Below, in pieces: positions 1 through 16,428 of a DNA stretch of 64,000 bases. Location: the NCBI GenBank assembly GCA_965153355.1, contig OZ231126.1, positions 22,320,001 to 22,384,000 of the forward strand, written 5' to 3'. This stretch comes from Flaccisagitta enflata (Eukaryota). Each line of letters starts with the position of its first letter. Position 1 is the first letter of the stretch. The notes under the pieces are model-generated. The model did no database searches, was not told where the DNA came from, and saw only the letters and a program-made list of their open reading frames with translations. The translations under genes and the position numbers were made by a program.

Positions 1-231
1 TGCTTTTTGCTAATGTGGTGGGCAAATTTGTGTCTGTTTATGGGAGATGGTGCACTGGCGCAGTGCGCCAAATGTACTGAAAAATCAATGAGTTAAGCTC
101 GTCTAAGGTTAACCCAGATCAATCTGGATCTCAATTCAATTCAGAACTCAAAGATTAAAACGGAAAAATTGCAGAAACACTGGAAAACAACATTCAAAGC
201 AGGGCTGAAATGAATTACATTAAAGGTTTGA

Positions 232-414
232 AACAGCATCACTCCAAAGTGCCTCCAGTCTCTCTACAAGTCCATGCCAAAGCATACGCAGGTGGTGGTG
301 GATGCCCAACATGGTCATACTAAATATTAGATGCATTTTGATATGTTTGCTGCTCACTTCTGGTAAACAAATTCACTTATACACCTACTGTCTGGATCTT
401 TATGGCCAAGATAG
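232..414 (+). mobile_element. Tc1-family transposon remnant (transposase C-terminus plus right TIR)
   Basis: 232-330 translates NSITPKCLQSLYKSMPKHTQVVVDAQHGHTKY*, the typical Tc1 transposase end (L..SMP.R...V....G..TKY*). The reverse complement of the end at 414 (CTATCTTGGCCATAAAGATCC) resembles a Tc1 TIR and is followed by TA at 415-416. Confidence 0.8.
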
Positions 415-1418
415 TAGATTAACAATAAAAGATATCTATTTCATTGAATATGAATAGCTAGAAACTATAATAAAGAATATTCAATGCCACAAAACTAAGA
501 ACAGGTTAAGAACGCTTGAGCCTGAAAACTGGCTGGAAAATAAGAACACTGAGCCTCACTTCAAGAAACTGTGTTCTTATAAAAAATACGGCGTGTACCG
601 CCCCTGCCCAACCGTCCGCGACTGTCCTGCCGTGTATCCGGCCTTGTTTTTATAAGAGACCAATTTGTAAGAGACATGAGCCTGAGATTTTCCAAAATCT
701 TAAGAAAAAAATAAGAAAATGCCCAGGCTGAGATTCAGTTATGACGGCTTCCCTCCGAAGGCAACATTTGTGTTTCAAAGAAGGTCAAAATAGAAAGAAA
801 TGTATAAATCAAAATATAAAAATAAATGAATAAAAGTGATTGAGATAGCTCAGACATGATATTTGAAAGAAAAAATTGCATTTACTTAGCAAGAGGACCA
901 AGTTTAGCCAATGTTACTAAAAAGAATTGTTTTGAAAATTTATACTTAATATATTTTTGGTCACTGACAAGGGGCTGGTCGAAATTATAAATTTGCATAG
1001 GAAATGAAAAAAAGAAAAAAAAAAGAACATAGTTCTCTTCCCAAATCGATTACAGAGAGAACTATGTTTTTTAAAATGCAAAATTTCCGTGTTTGTCTTT
1101 TTTAGAATTTCGACCTCAGAAAAGGAAAAAAAAGTGTAAGCAGAAATTCACTAAAATTCATCATTTTCATGCTTATTTTCATCTGAAACGCACAGTTCAA
1201 ATTACATTTTAAGTCAGAACGAGAATATGATAAAAATGTATGCACCAAGTGTCCTTAAAAACAATTTGTCCACTTAAAGCATTCCTGCTTCATCATTGTC
1301 CTGATAGTAATGCAAAAAGTATGGTGAAACACTTAATTTTTCTCCATAAATTTTCGGTCTTATGGCCATTTTCTAGAAATATTTGCTTTAGTTTTTCACC
1401 ATAAAATTAACTAAATAG

Positions 1419-4400
1419 CAGACTGGGCCGTAGGGCCCTTATGAAGGCAGATCGGCTACCAACAGCAGGGACTGGCTTCATTCATCATAACAACAAGATT
1501 TGCCAAGTTTCATAACCATATGATCGATTTTACTCATGGCCGCCACCCCCCCTAAAATCCCAGCATGAGGGTTGTTGTGGCAAAAATTCCAACTTTGGGT
1601 CACTTTTGCCTCAAAATTAGGCCCCTTTGAATCTAAATTTTGACCTAAAATCCATGAGATTATAAAACTAGAGCTCAAGAGCTAACTAGTGGTGCAATCC
1701 GCATGTTTTTATCTTAATTTGTTGAGATTTGAGAGCATTTCAAAGATGAAAGGGTATGAGGGTCAAATTGCAGCTTATTTTTGATCGATTTTGCCCTCAA
1801 TTTTTTTTATTGACTGTAGACGCAGGAGTAAAAAAGTCGATTTTCTTGAAAATTGAGCAATTTTGGACAAAAAATTAGACCACTTCCATTTTTTAAAAAG
1901 ACTTAAAATCCATGAGTAAAATAAAGAGCTGCTCAAGAGCTAACTAGTGATGCAATCGGCATGTCAATATGTATTTGCATTTAGATTTTACAGAACTTCA
2001 ATGATCAAAGGGTATGTCAAATGACCATTTATGCTCGCTTTGGCCGTTTTGGCCTCAATTTGGGTTCACTTTGCCGCAGAAATTGATAGAAAAATCTGTG
2101 AGATTATAGAACTAGAGCTCAAGAGCTAACCATTGGTGCAATCCGCATGTTGCTATCATTTTTTGTTTAAGTTTGAGAGCATTTCAAAGATGGAAGGGTA
2201 TGAGGGTTATTTTACTGAATAGCCTTGGGGGTCAAATTTGACAATTTTTACATTTTCTTGGATGGATAAATATGGATAAAGATTGAAGATTGAAGATTAT
2301 TTGATGTTCTAACTGATTCTGGTAAAAAAATTTTATTGATATGCAGGGGTGTATACAATTGAGTGGCTTTTGATTTTTCCCCCCACCCTGCCTTTGATTT
2401 TCTTCCCCGCGATGCATCGCGTCGCGTTACAAAATCTATGATTATCTTCCCAATAAAGCAATAAAACAGTGTTTTTAAGGTTAAAATAGTGTTAAATTGT
2501 GTTTTGCTAATCAAGTTTTATGATTTGGTACTGCCAGAAGTTATATTTTCCCCAAATTTTCTTTTTTTCTCTTTTTTCCCCCTTCCTTTCCCTTCCCCAT
2601 CTCCAAACCCTTTGATTTCCCCCCCCCCGCCGGGGGGGGGGGGGGAAAACTCAATTATATACAGGCCTGTCGATATGACCCTCAAATTCTTTTGGAGACT
2701 GTAGAAGCAGGTGCCAAAAAAAAATATCTTTTTGCCCATTTGGTTACTTTTGTCACAAAATTTTGGTGCTTCCAAGCTAGAAAAAGACAAGAAATTCATG
2801 AGCAAATCAAAATACAACTCAAAAGCTAACCAGTGGTGCAATTGGCATGACAACATGTTGAAGCATATAGATTTGTTAGAGCTTCGAAGAACAGCGGGTA
2901 TGATAGAATGAAAGTTTTGCTAATTTTTGTCATTTTGGGCTCATCTGTCCCTCCACTTATTTATAGTCACTTTTTAAATAGGAAATGAGTTTTTTATTTG
3001 ATCCTAAAATTTGAAAAAATTGCACTAATTTCTTTTTTTTTTTTCAACTTTGAGAGCCTCTATACACTTTTGGGCGACAAATTGATCCAAACTTTTCCTA
3101 CAATCATCTAGAGTATCAAAAACTCTTCATTTTGGTCACCAATTTTGTGACAATTGGTCCATCCAAAGAAAATTTACAATGAGTAATGTGTGGACTGACA
3201 AAATTACTGTTATAAAACTAGAGCTCAAGAGCTAACCAGTGGTGCAATCCGCATATTTTTACCTCAAAATACATCATCTTCCCTTATCCTTAAAATGCTC
3301 TCTTTTGGTCATGGATTTTAGGTCAATTATTGGATTGGAAGTAGCCAAAATTGCCCAATTTACAAGGAAAAAAAAACACTTTTTGCATCTGCTTCCATGG
3401 TCTTTAAAAAAAAATTGGGGGGCATATCGATCAAAAAATCTTTTACCATCTGCTAGAGCAGCAAACACTCTTCAGTTTGGTCACCAATTTCATGCAGATT
3501 GGTTCATCCAAAGCCGAGAAATATTGAAATTAGTGAAAAGTGTCATACTGTAATCGCCGTTGAAATTTAAGCTGCAATTTGACCTTCCTACCCTTTCATC
3601 TTTGAAATGCTCTAAAATCTTAACAAATTAAGATAGAAATATGCGGATTGCACCACTGGTTAGCTCTTGAGCTCTAGTTTTATAATCTCACAGATTTTTT
3701 TATCGATTTCTACAGCAAAGTGACCCCATATTGAGGCCAAAAAGGCCAAAGTTACCATAAATGGTCATTTTGACATACCCTTTGATTTTTAAAGTTCTGT
3801 AAAATCTAGATGCAAAAACATATTGACATGCCGATTGCACCACTAGTTAGCTCTTGAGCAGCTCTTTATTTTGCTCATGGATTTTAAGTCTTTTTTAAAA
3901 ATGGAAGTGAACTAATTTTTTGTCCAAAATTGCTCAATTTTCAAGAAAATCGACTTTTTTACACCTGCTTCTACTGTAAATAAAAAAATTGAGGGCAAAA
4001 TCAATCAAAAATTTTTTTACCATCAGCTAGAGCAGCAAAAACTCTTCAATTTGATCACCAATTTCATGCAGATTGGTCCATCCAAAGCCAAAATATGTTC
4101 AAATCTGTGAAAAATGTCAAAATTGTCACTGAAAATAGGATGCAATTTGACCCTCATACCCTTTCATCTTTGAAATGCTCTCAAATCTCAACAAATTAAG
4201 ATAAAAACATGCGGATTGCACCACTAGTTAGCTCTTGAGCTCTGGTTTTATAATCTCATGGATTTTAGGTCAAAATTCAAATTCGAAGGGGCCTAATTTT
4301 GAGGCCAAAGTGACCTAAAGTTGGAATTTTTACCACAACAACCCTCATGCTGGGATTTTAGGGGGGGTGGCGGCCATGAGTAAAATCGATCATATGGTCA

Positions 4401-4494
4401 TGAAACTTGGCAAATCTTGTTGTTATGATGAGTGAAGCCAGTCCCTGCTGTTGGTAGCCGATCTGCCTTCATAAGGGTCCTACGGCCCAGTCTG
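1419..4494. mobile_element. Non-autonomous hAT-like foldback element with ~0.8-0.9 kb modular inverted arms
   Basis: Ends CAGACTGGGCCGTAGG...CCTACGGCCCAGTCTG; perfect 8-bp TSD CTAAATAG (1411-1418, 4495-4502); arms ~1419-2210 and ~3570-4494 are inverted copies built from the sub-repeat AGAGCTCAAGAGCTAAC(T/C)AGTGGTGCAATCCGCAT; no transposase ORF. Confidence 0.9.
2344..2669. mobile_element. hAT-type MITE nested in the foldback element
   Basis: TIR CAGGGGTGTATACAATTGAGT vs CAGGCCTGTATATAATTGAGT (reverse complement of right end); 8-bp TSD TTGATATG/TCGATATG. Confidence 0.8.
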
Positions 4495-4955
4495 CTAAAT
4501 AGGTTGTCTATCTTTGAAAGTAACTTCTTTTTTGAGGTTGCTTATGAAATCAGGCATTACACTCAAAAAACCACTATGACGATGATAATCAAGTTTAAGA
4601 TACAGTTGTTGTAAACAAAGTATTTATACACAATTTATAAATTTATAAATATCGAAGAAATTGAGAACACTTTAAGAGAATTTCAGGCTCAAAACTGGCG
4701 AAAATTTAAGAACCTTCCCCTTCTCCAAATCCTTTGATTTTATTTCCAACTATGTACAGGCCTTCAAAAAAAAAAAAGAAAAAAAAAAGAAAATCAGCAC
4801 TCAAAAACAACTGATCGTAGAGCATTCTGCTTGGCGCCAAATATAAGCGAATCATTAAATTTACTTCAACCCCATCAATTCTTTTGAGAGGTCACTTGGT
4901 CGAACAAGAGCCGGAGTTTTCTGAAAGGAAGATGAAACTTTGTGTCTCCCGAATA

Positions 4956-5301
4956 CCGTATTTCTTGCATTTATCGCCCCCCCTCTAATTAGCGCTCCCC
5001 CTTTTTCATGAAAGAATGAGCTGATGATAATGGTGATTAATTTGAGAAAAAAGTCATAAAAAATTTATTGGAAATACAGTTTTTTGGCAAAAACCATATG
5101 AGAATCAAATGCAATACAACAAAATATTCTCTTTTTTAATAATTTACCAATCTGAATTCTAAAAAAAATTGTCCAAAAGTTTAAATTTGATAATACATTA
5201 TTTAGACATTAATTAATAGGGGGCGCTAATTGCAGGTTTAAAACAACAATGTTTCATTTCAATTTCAAAAGCGCCCGGGGCGCTAATTACAAGAAATACG
5301 G
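4956..5301. mobile_element. Tc2/pogo-like MITE
   Basis: TA|CCGTATTTCTTG...CAAGAAATACGG|TA: terminal inverted repeat with TA TSD. Confidence 0.8.
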
Positions 5302-5706
5302 TATGTTAAAAATTAAAAGACTGACTTTGTTATTTTCCCCGATTATGAGGTTTCCAGGTTAGAGAGCTTTCAAATTTTCTTCTTTTTTTTATGTTTAGAT
5401 ATTGTTTCACTTGTAAGATTGATATTTAGTCAAAGAGCCACTTTTTGGTCCGTCCGCCAGTCTGTCCATCAATTTGTAAATAAAGAGACAATTTTGGTTA
5501 TACTTAGGTATGTTACATCATTCCATGATGTGTTGCATCCTAAAATTACTAAATGAAGATTTTGATTTTTTAGATTGCTTTAATTGCTTAACGTTCTTGA
5601 AGATTGTCACGGATCTCAACCTAAAAAATTTGGATTAATCAGTTTAAATCACTGTTGATTCTTAAATTCTTAAGTGATGCGGAAGCAGCGGAAGCTGCAG
5701 TATTGA

Positions 5707-5906
5707 AACAAGGCCGGATACACGGCTACCCCAGTCGCGTGCGGGTGGGCAAGGGCCATATTTGAGGTCAGTGGAGCATTTGGGCAGGAGCGGTACAGCC
5801 AAAAAAACCATAAACGCCGAAAAAGTAAAGTGTGACGGACTGATGGACGGACGGACAAACCGACGGACGGACGGACCGACAAAGTGGGGTATAGATTCGC
5901 GTAGCA
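5707..5906 (-). mobile_element. DINE-1/HINE-like short element, family A
   Basis: Reverse complement of the 24989-25200 copy: AACAAGGCCGGATACACGGC end, AGTCGCGTGC subTIR, (GGAC)n tract. Confidence 0.8.
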
Positions 5907-6065
5907 TTTTTGAATGGCGGGGGACCTATCCCGCCCAGAAACTACAGGTGCTTAGTGAAAGTGAGTGGTTCTAAGTGCTCAACCAATATGAATTCTCTAA
6001 GAGGTGGTAGGAAATAAAGACGGCACACAGATTAGTTGTGGTGGACTTACACGCTATGTTTGAGG

Positions 6066-6368
6066 AACAAGCCCGACCGGGCAACGATGCGTCCGGACTG
6101 TGTCTTCGCGTGTATTGACTTTGGCCCTAAACATGCTACATAAATGGAGAGACAGATGGAGGAACAGACAGGGGAAATGACCGGGTAGCAAAGGAGGCTC
6201 TCAAAAAACAAATGTAGATCATTTGAATTAGTAAAGGTTCTTACCGTGGCCAAAGATATCAGGAAAACGCGGTTTTGCACAAGCGTAAAAGACAGACATA
6301 CCGATGGACAGACAGACGGACAGACGGACAGACCCTCTTTTAGAGATGCGTTCCTGACGGACGCATCT
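6066..6368 (-). mobile_element. DINE-1/HINE-like element, variant with GATGCGTCC subTIR
   Basis: AACAAG start with hairpin GCCCGACCGGGC, GATGCGTCC ... (GACA/GACG)n ... AGATGCGTTCCTGACGGACGCATCT then an A run. Confidence 0.7.
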
Positions 6369-6464
6369 AAAAACAAACCATATATTGAAATAAGATGAAA
6401 TGAGCCATATTCCTCATTTTTTCCTTTTGTCACTCTTCCTCATCTTTTCCTTTTCTCTCTTTCC

Positions 6465-6525
6465 ATCTTCTTCTTCTTCTTCTTCTTCTTCTTCTTCTTC
6501 TTCTGCTTCTGATTCTGATTCTGAT

Positions 6526-6572
<47 letters not shown>

Positions 6573-6597
6573 TTCTTCTTCTTCTTCTTCTTCTTCT

Positions 6598-6644
<47 letters not shown>

Positions 6645-6678
6645 TTCTTCTTCTTCTGCTTCTTCTTCTTCTTCTTCT

Positions 6679-6713
<35 letters not shown>

Positions 6714-6864
6714 TTCTTCTTCTGCTTCTGCTTCTGCTTCTGCTTCTTCTTCTTCTTCTTCTTCTTCTTCTTCTTCTTCTTCTTCTTCTTCTTCTTCTTC
6801 TTCTTCTTCTTCTTCTTCTTCTTCTTCTTCTTCTTCTTCTTCTTCTTCTTCTTCTTCTTCTTCA

Positions 6865-6897
<33 letters not shown>

Positions 6898-6913
6898 ACT
6901 TCTTCTTCTTCCT
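6465..6913. repeat. (TCT)n trinucleotide microsatellite
   Basis: About 450 bp of near-perfect TCT repeat; source of the poly-S/E/K ORF artefacts. Confidence 0.95.
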
Positions 6914-7048
6914 CGTGTTGCTCCCCGGATGTAACTGCTACTTTTGATCTTCTTTCCAACTTCACAATGAAACATATGAAACAAGGCCGGATACACGGCC
7001 AATACCAGTCGCGGACGGGTGGGCAGGGCCAGAAATGCGTGTTTCAAC

Positions 7049-9109
<2,061 letters not shown>

Positions 9110-9259
9110 GTTTCAACACTTTCCAACTCGATCACCACGGACCGACCGACGGACGGACGGACGGACGGACGGACGGACGGACAAAGCCTCTTATAGAGTC
9201 GCTAGTCCGCGACTAAAAAAATCATCCTCTAAGAGAACCATTTCTCTGCTGTTATGATG

Positions 9260-9462
9260 AACAAGGCCAGATACATGGCTACCCAAGTTGCCCGCGGGTG
9301 GGCAGGGGCCATATTTTAGGTCACCAGACATTTGGACAAGAGCGGTGAGAAAAAAATATTAAATGTGACTGGCCGACCAATGAACGGATGGACAGACGGA
9401 GGGACGGACAGATGGATGGACGGACAGACAATGCGGGGTCTAGAGTCGCGTAGCACGCGACT
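9260..9462 (-). mobile_element. DINE-1/HINE-like element, family A
   Basis: AACAAGGCCAGATACATGGC start; ends AGAGTCGCGTAGCACGCGACT followed by an A run. Confidence 0.8.
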
Positions 9463-9539
9463 AAAAATTCAGTTTGTCCCCAGGGAGTTGGGGGGGGGGG
9501 GTAACGCAATGGCTGCCTTTCAAAATTTTTTTTCCTTTT

Positions 9540-9755
9540 GGGCAGCGGCCCCAAAGGGGTCAATGACCTATGCTGGGATTTGGGCCTCAAAGATGGACGG
9601 TGGAGGAGGAGGAGGAGAAGGTGAAAATTCTCCTGTGTGAAAGCATAGGTCATCGACCCCTTCGATGTCGCTGCCCTGCTCCCAATTCAACTTCTAGCTC
9701 AACCTACTTAGGCAGGGCACGGGTACCGCTGACCATCTAACGCTTTTGCTACTAT
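9540..9755 (+). mobile_element. Dispersed short element, family B (related copies ~17029-17473, ~17947-18570, ~33208-33748, fragment ~61680)
   Basis: Internal inverted repeat GGGCAGCGGCCCCAAAGGGGTCAATGACCTATGC / GCATAGGTCATCGACCCC...GCTGCCC and a shared GGGTACCGCTGACCAT block; sits in T runs. Confidence 0.7.
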
Positions 9756-10465
9756 TTAGTTTTAAATTAGAAGATATTATTAGATCCTTCAAATCGTCAA
9801 TCATTCAAATTTTAGGAGTCATTTAAATCATTCTCCCTCAACATGATTTTTTTAGTTTATAAGTTCAAAAAACATAACGTATTTTACGATCTTGTTTTTC
9901 CCGCCTTGTAGCCAGAGAGAAATATCGCCCTCTTTATTTCTTTCTCCCATCGGCCGAAAATGAGCCAAATGAGAGAAAGATGAGAGTCAAAATCTGCCAT
10001 TAAGATCAGTTAAAATCCATTCACCGCCGAATAATGGTCCAACATCTCGCTAAATCTCCATCAAAAAATGTATACCTGCCATTAGACGTAATTTACGACT
10101 TATTATTTGGAGTCTCCAACAGAGAAATATAGGACGGAGAGGGGTTGGTAAGGACGGGGATAGATTTGCAAAACAGAGGAAGAAGAAGAAGAAGAAGAAG
10201 AAGAAGAAGAAGAAGAAGAAGAAGAAGAAGAAAGAAGAAGAAGAAGAAAAAAAAGAAGAGGAAAAAGAAAAAGAAGAGGAAGAAGAAAAAGGAGAAGAAG
10301 AAGAAAAAGGAAAAGAAGAAGAAGAAGAAGAAGAGAGAAAAGATGGAAAACAAAAAAAAAAGGGGGGGACTGAAAAGAAACTAACAGAAGGAGCATAATT
10401 CAACTAAGGAAAAGTGGGAGAAGAAGGAGAAGACGGTGAGAGGAGCTAGGAGATGGGTAAAAGAA

Positions 10466-10843
10466 AACAAGCCCAAGAGGGCAACAGTCGCGTGCGTCTG
10501 TTAATGACAGACAAAATGTTAAAAATGTCAGGAAATGTGAAGAAATGTTAAAAATGTTAGATAATGTTAAAAAATGTTAAAAAATGTTAAAAAATGTTAA
10601 AAAATGTTAAAAAATGTTAAAAAATGTTAAAAAATGTTAAAAAGCCAAAAAAGTCAGAAAGTGTTAAAAATGTTAAAGATTGTTAAAAAAGGCAAAAAAT
10701 GTTAAAAAGTGTTAAAAATGTTAAAAAACGTCAAAAAACATCGAAAATTTAAAATGTGGACGGACGGGCCGAAGCGGACGGGCGGACGGACCTACCGACC
10801 TACCGACCGACACGGCAAGGTGTAGAGTCGCGTGCACGCGACT
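10466..10843 (-). mobile_element. DINE-1/HINE-like element carrying an (AAAAAATGTT)n tandem array
   Basis: AACAAGCCCAAGAGGGC hairpin, AGTCGCGTGC subTIR, 10-bp tandem repeat, (GACC/GACG)n, terminal AGTCGCGTGCACGCGACT. Confidence 0.8.
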
Positions 10844-11909
10844 AAAAAGATCATTAAATGGAAGGAGTCAAAACCGATAAAGCAAGGAGGGAGGCAGAAA
10901 GCCATTACACCCCGGTCGGTTTTTATAACTCGACACTTAAGCGTGGCGTGGTTACGGCCTGCTTTACAACGTTTTTACTGTAATGACGCTATAAGGAAGG
11001 AGGATATATATTACGGACGCAGCCGCCGCCACCGCCGCTGTCGCCGCTTCGGCTGACGCTGCGGTATTCGCCGTGCTGCCGCTCCTGCCGCTACAGCTGC
11101 TGCGACGACTAGGGGCGGGGCAGCTGCTGCCATTTCTCAATTCCAGAAAGAAAAAAAGTAAACCGAAAAGAAAAAGATAAAACGATATATCTTAAATCTA
11201 CTTTCAAGCTGTTTTCCTAAAACTTTAATTTTTAAGCGAGTCAATATCGTTTTGTTTCGACGACGTTCTGTGTCAACATTTATCGCGTATTTTCTATCAG
11301 GCTTTATCGTTTTCTGTTAAACATGACGATGACGGTTCTTTTATTTTTTTTTCCTTTCCATCTCTTCTTGCTACTTCTTCATCTCTTTATCTTTCCTCCT
11401 TCGCTCCCTGGTGTTGTTTGAACGTGTTTACTCTTTATGGGCTTCTTGATGGGCCATGGCTCAGTTAAGGGCCTATTGGACTGTTTTCTTCAAGGGTCGT
11501 AGAATACAGTTACTGCGAGCCTTAACGCCATCGGGAGGACATAAGGCAGAGCAGTTGACCGACATTTGCTCTTCCTCCTCCCCTTGACTCTGCGCACAAT
11601 GATCCTCATCTCCCATTACGTTTCTCGTTAAATGTTACATCATGATGCTTTCTACAGAGTGTCTTTACCGGCTGCTGCAGCAATCTCTCTTTTCTCGCTT
11701 TTGCCCTCCTTCCTCCTTCCATGGTGTCAGACTCTCCGTTCTTCTTCTTTTTTTCCCCATCAACCTCTGATTCCCCTTCCCTCTCTTCCTAGAAATTCGC
11801 ATATGTACCTTCACTTCTACCACAATTGTGCCACTTTTTTCGACATTGAATTTTTGTGTCTCATCGTCTCATCTGCTTCGCGACTATTACTCTTTCTTTC
11901 TTTCTTTCT

Positions 11910-12608
<699 letters not shown>

Positions 12609-13477
12609 GTAGCAACATAATCTCCATTTTCCGCATTCATGTCAATTTCGCTCCTTGCCTTGCATGTGTAAAGCATGTACACGCTAGTCTTTCAAACTAT
12701 GCTTACCATTAGAGGAGAGCCATCTCCGCATCTTTAAAAGTGGATCGTGACTCACGACTCACGACTCACGACTCACGACTCACGATTCGTGAGTTTGTAC
12801 ATTGATTAAACCATTTTTAGTCACGAACTCGCGACTCTGTAAGAGACTTTGTCCCTCCGTTCGTCCTTCCGTCCGTCCATGATGCTCAAGCGGAAAAGTG
12901 AGAAAATGCGTATGCCGTAATTGTAAAAGTGTGTAAGTGTGAGTATGTGGAGGAAGGAGGGGTTGTAAGCCCCTGCCCATCCGTCCGCGATGATTTCAAG
13001 ACTCCCGGGCTACTCGATTCTTTTTGAGAAATCATGATTTGGACAAAAGCTGTATCACAGTGGTAGTTATAATGCAACGACCGAGCATATTTCATCCAAG
13101 CCTACTCGACCACCTAAAACCAGCCAAATCAGCTATAGCTGGCGCACCAGCGTCTCAGATGGCAAGGTCTACATGGCGCAGATTATCCCACCCATGGCGT
13201 CTAAAAATATGGTTTGTGGAGTTGGTAGAGTTAATGTTCTCGAAGACGTAGTAGATCTGTTTTTACCCATGGTACACCATCGACCTCCTTACCCCCTTCC
13301 CCCCCCCCATTCTGTCTTTCATTTTCTTTTTTTTTCCCCAGCCATTCCTTCTTTTCCTTTTCTCCCTTCTGCGCTCCATTCTTTAAAGTACGTCGTATTC
13401 TTTTTACGACATCGGGCCTAAAGTCATTTGTGGAGTCATCAGCTTAACGCAGAAACGATATAATGGCAGTCCTAAAG

Positions 13478-13555
<78 letters not shown>

Positions 13556-13780
13556 ACACATACACTATGACGGCAGCAGCTGGTGACAGAGCTGGAATGA
13601 GGGTCGTTTAACGGTTTTTTCTCCTTCGTTATATCCATCTCAATCTACTCTCTAGTTCTTTCTCTCTTCCTGTATTTTTTCCTCAATGCCTTTTTTGAAA
13701 CCTTGATTTATTTCTTTTTCAACTTAGGCCTTAAAACTGACAATTTATACAGCTCCATTACTAGAATAAGTGCGTCTATA

Positions 13781-13935
<155 letters not shown>

Positions 13936-14511
13936 TCCATTCCACGTTCGCTGCAGCCGCAGCAGAATGTCCATAATCTTCCTGTGCAGAAGCTGCCGTC
14001 ACCGTTCCTGCCGCTGCTGAGACCTTTTTTATGTGAGGCGGCAGGAGCAGCTGCCTTTTCTCATTTCGGTGGGCGTCGCCGGTCCGTCTCCTCCAGGAGC
14101 GCTGCCTGTCTTATCGCCTGCCGTCGCTGGAACGTAAGACGGAGGTATAGAGCGCTGGGAAGGGAAGGGGGGAGGAGGGAAATGGAAAAAAGAAGAGGAT
14201 AAGAAAAACAAGCCCAACAGGGCTACAGTCGCGTGCTGCACTTAAGCTCTTCACAAATAATTGCTTAATTACATGTTTACATAATTGCAATTTGAAATTA
14301 CCTTACACATGTTGGTAAAGCTATATTTCCTTCTGGACGGCTGACTGACCAATGCAATGAACCGACCTACGTACCAAGTTCCTGACCCGCGTGCACGAGC
14401 CCTAAAAAGGGCGTAAACGCATCAGCGTGGTTTGCGGCGGTTGGACAATGAAGAAGTGAAAAAGATGTAGAAGAAGTGAAAAGAAGAAAGGAAAAAGAAA
14501 CAAAATGGAAA

Positions 14512-14622
<111 letters not shown>

Positions 14623-16120
14623 CAGCAGAGAAATGCAATTTACATGTGACCCGAAATTTTATATGGGAGAAATAACGATCGCCTCCGGAATCGGAAATGG
14701 CTCGGAAACGCCTTTGATAAAAAGTGAAATGGGAAATTGGAAAAAATTATGGGCTTCGGGGTATCAGGACTGGTGGAGCGGAAAGGTTACAGTCCTATGG
14801 ACTGGGGTAGAGGGTAGTGGGTGTAAGGACAGGGTTTGTTTTGACTGGAGTTCGGACTGAGATAACGAGTGCAAGGACTTGGAACGTAGGAATAAGATAA
14901 CATGGTAAAATAAGTTACTGAAGTACTGAAATCAGTAAAATGAATAGGTAAAATAAGTACTGAATTCGTAACCTCAAGGATGTAGGCGACTAAAGTAGAT
15001 ATTTCAAAAAGAATCGTGTTGCGGGAACTAGGGAGAAAGTATGCGGGTGCAGGATAGATGTGGCATTTAAAGCGATGTTAGTATCAATGACCTAATTTGC
15101 ATAATGAAGTTTTAAGATTTCTGTTTTTTAAAAATGACCAGCATTTGAGCTAAACCCAATTGGAATATATGCTTAATATCAAATTGCTGTTTTAGCTAAG
15201 TGTAGGATAGAAAAAAAACTTCCTATGTGTAAAAAAAAATCGTTTTAGCATTATCTGTTTTGAATTCTTAAAAAAGAGATGTTTACAATGTATGTAACAT
15301 AGTGTGAAAATACATGAAGAAGCAGAAATCCTGCGCATTCCTCCCTAAGATAATCGTGATCCCTGAGAGAATGGTCTACCGCTGAACCTGGTCGTCGCTC
15401 TGCGGCAGTGCCATGTCGGCCGAGTACGACGTATTGAGGACCCTAATAGCCCAGCTTGCCAATCGGTAAGGCCCGTACAGTTTAGTCTTGATTAATCTCA
15501 TTATCTTCGAATGATGCAGAAAAATATGATTGGCGTCATTTAAATGTATGATAAACTTTTTAGTGTAAATGTGGGTTTGTTATAATTCTTATTTAGCTGG
15601 ATGAGCAATTGTATTTTAAAGTTATTGATTCATAAGCTTTCAATTTTTTGTTTCATTGCTTTAAAGTATCTTTTTTCAGTTTTGTCTTTCGTTTTCTCTT
15701 TATTGCCAATGGCACCTTTATCAGTTTAGGTGTACCTTCTGTTTCTACCTTCTGTTTCTATGTTAATGACACCTTAATCAAATTACCTTGTCTGTCAGCA
15801 GTTTCTTGTCCACTCTGATGACAACAAAGTCTTTGTCAACCGACATCCACTTTTCGGGGTTCTTTGGAGTGAGTCTCGATTGCCTGGAAAATTTCACCAT
15901 GAATTGATCACTAACATACTTAATTCATCACTAACATGCTGATTACTAAAATCCTCGATTGATTACTTATTGTCTTTAAAGTCTACCAGGTATGTTCTGA
16001 ATTTGATTTAAAAGCTTTCAATGGTTTGAGGCAGAAGGACTGACTGACAAACATTCATATTGATTAAAGGAATTCGGATTTCATCAGTCAAATTCTTATT
16101 TGCATACTGCAGTTGATTAC

Positions 16121-16428
16121 CTAGCAGAAGTTTCGTTCAAGAAGGCCCAAGTAAAGTTTTCCGGCGGACCTGGAGGATTGGCTTCCACTCGACAACGCAC
16201 TCGATAATATCCATCATCTTCCTCCTCTTCCTCCTCCTCTTCCTCTTCATTCCCCCTCATCCTCATCATCATCGTCTTCCTCTTCCTCCTCTTTGGTCTT
16301 GGCTTCCTTTTCTCGATTGAATTTAGCGTCTGTGGCGATGATGGAATTCTTCCTTTCCTTTCCTCCTCCTCCTCCTCCTCCCCCGCCGCCTCTTTTCGAA
16401 ACCGCTTTACCACCCTTCTTTCCTCCCC
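16121..16428 (-). pseudogene. Exon-like fragment encoding part of an immunoglobulin domain (Sidestep/nephrin-like), possibly degraded
   Basis: Translation ends YRVRCRVEANPPGPPENFTWAFLNETSA at a donor AG|GTAATC; matches the C.V.ANP...F.W..N pattern of Sidestep/nephrin Ig domains; an in-frame TAA lies just upstream (16429-16431) and I found no convincing partner exons. Confidence 0.45.

Noticed and set aside
1660-4260. Recurring ~37-bp motif AGAGCTCAAGAGCTAACTAGTGGTGCAATCCGCATG as a CRISPR-like array
   Set aside because: Spacing is irregular and long, copies are in both orientations, intervening sequences are related to each other, all lie within a TSD-flanked transposon, and there are no cas genes in this eukaryotic DNA.
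13940-14010. EDYG string on the minus strand as an Ig F-strand exon
   Set aside because: Lacks the conserved Cys and runs into (GA)n without a donor site.
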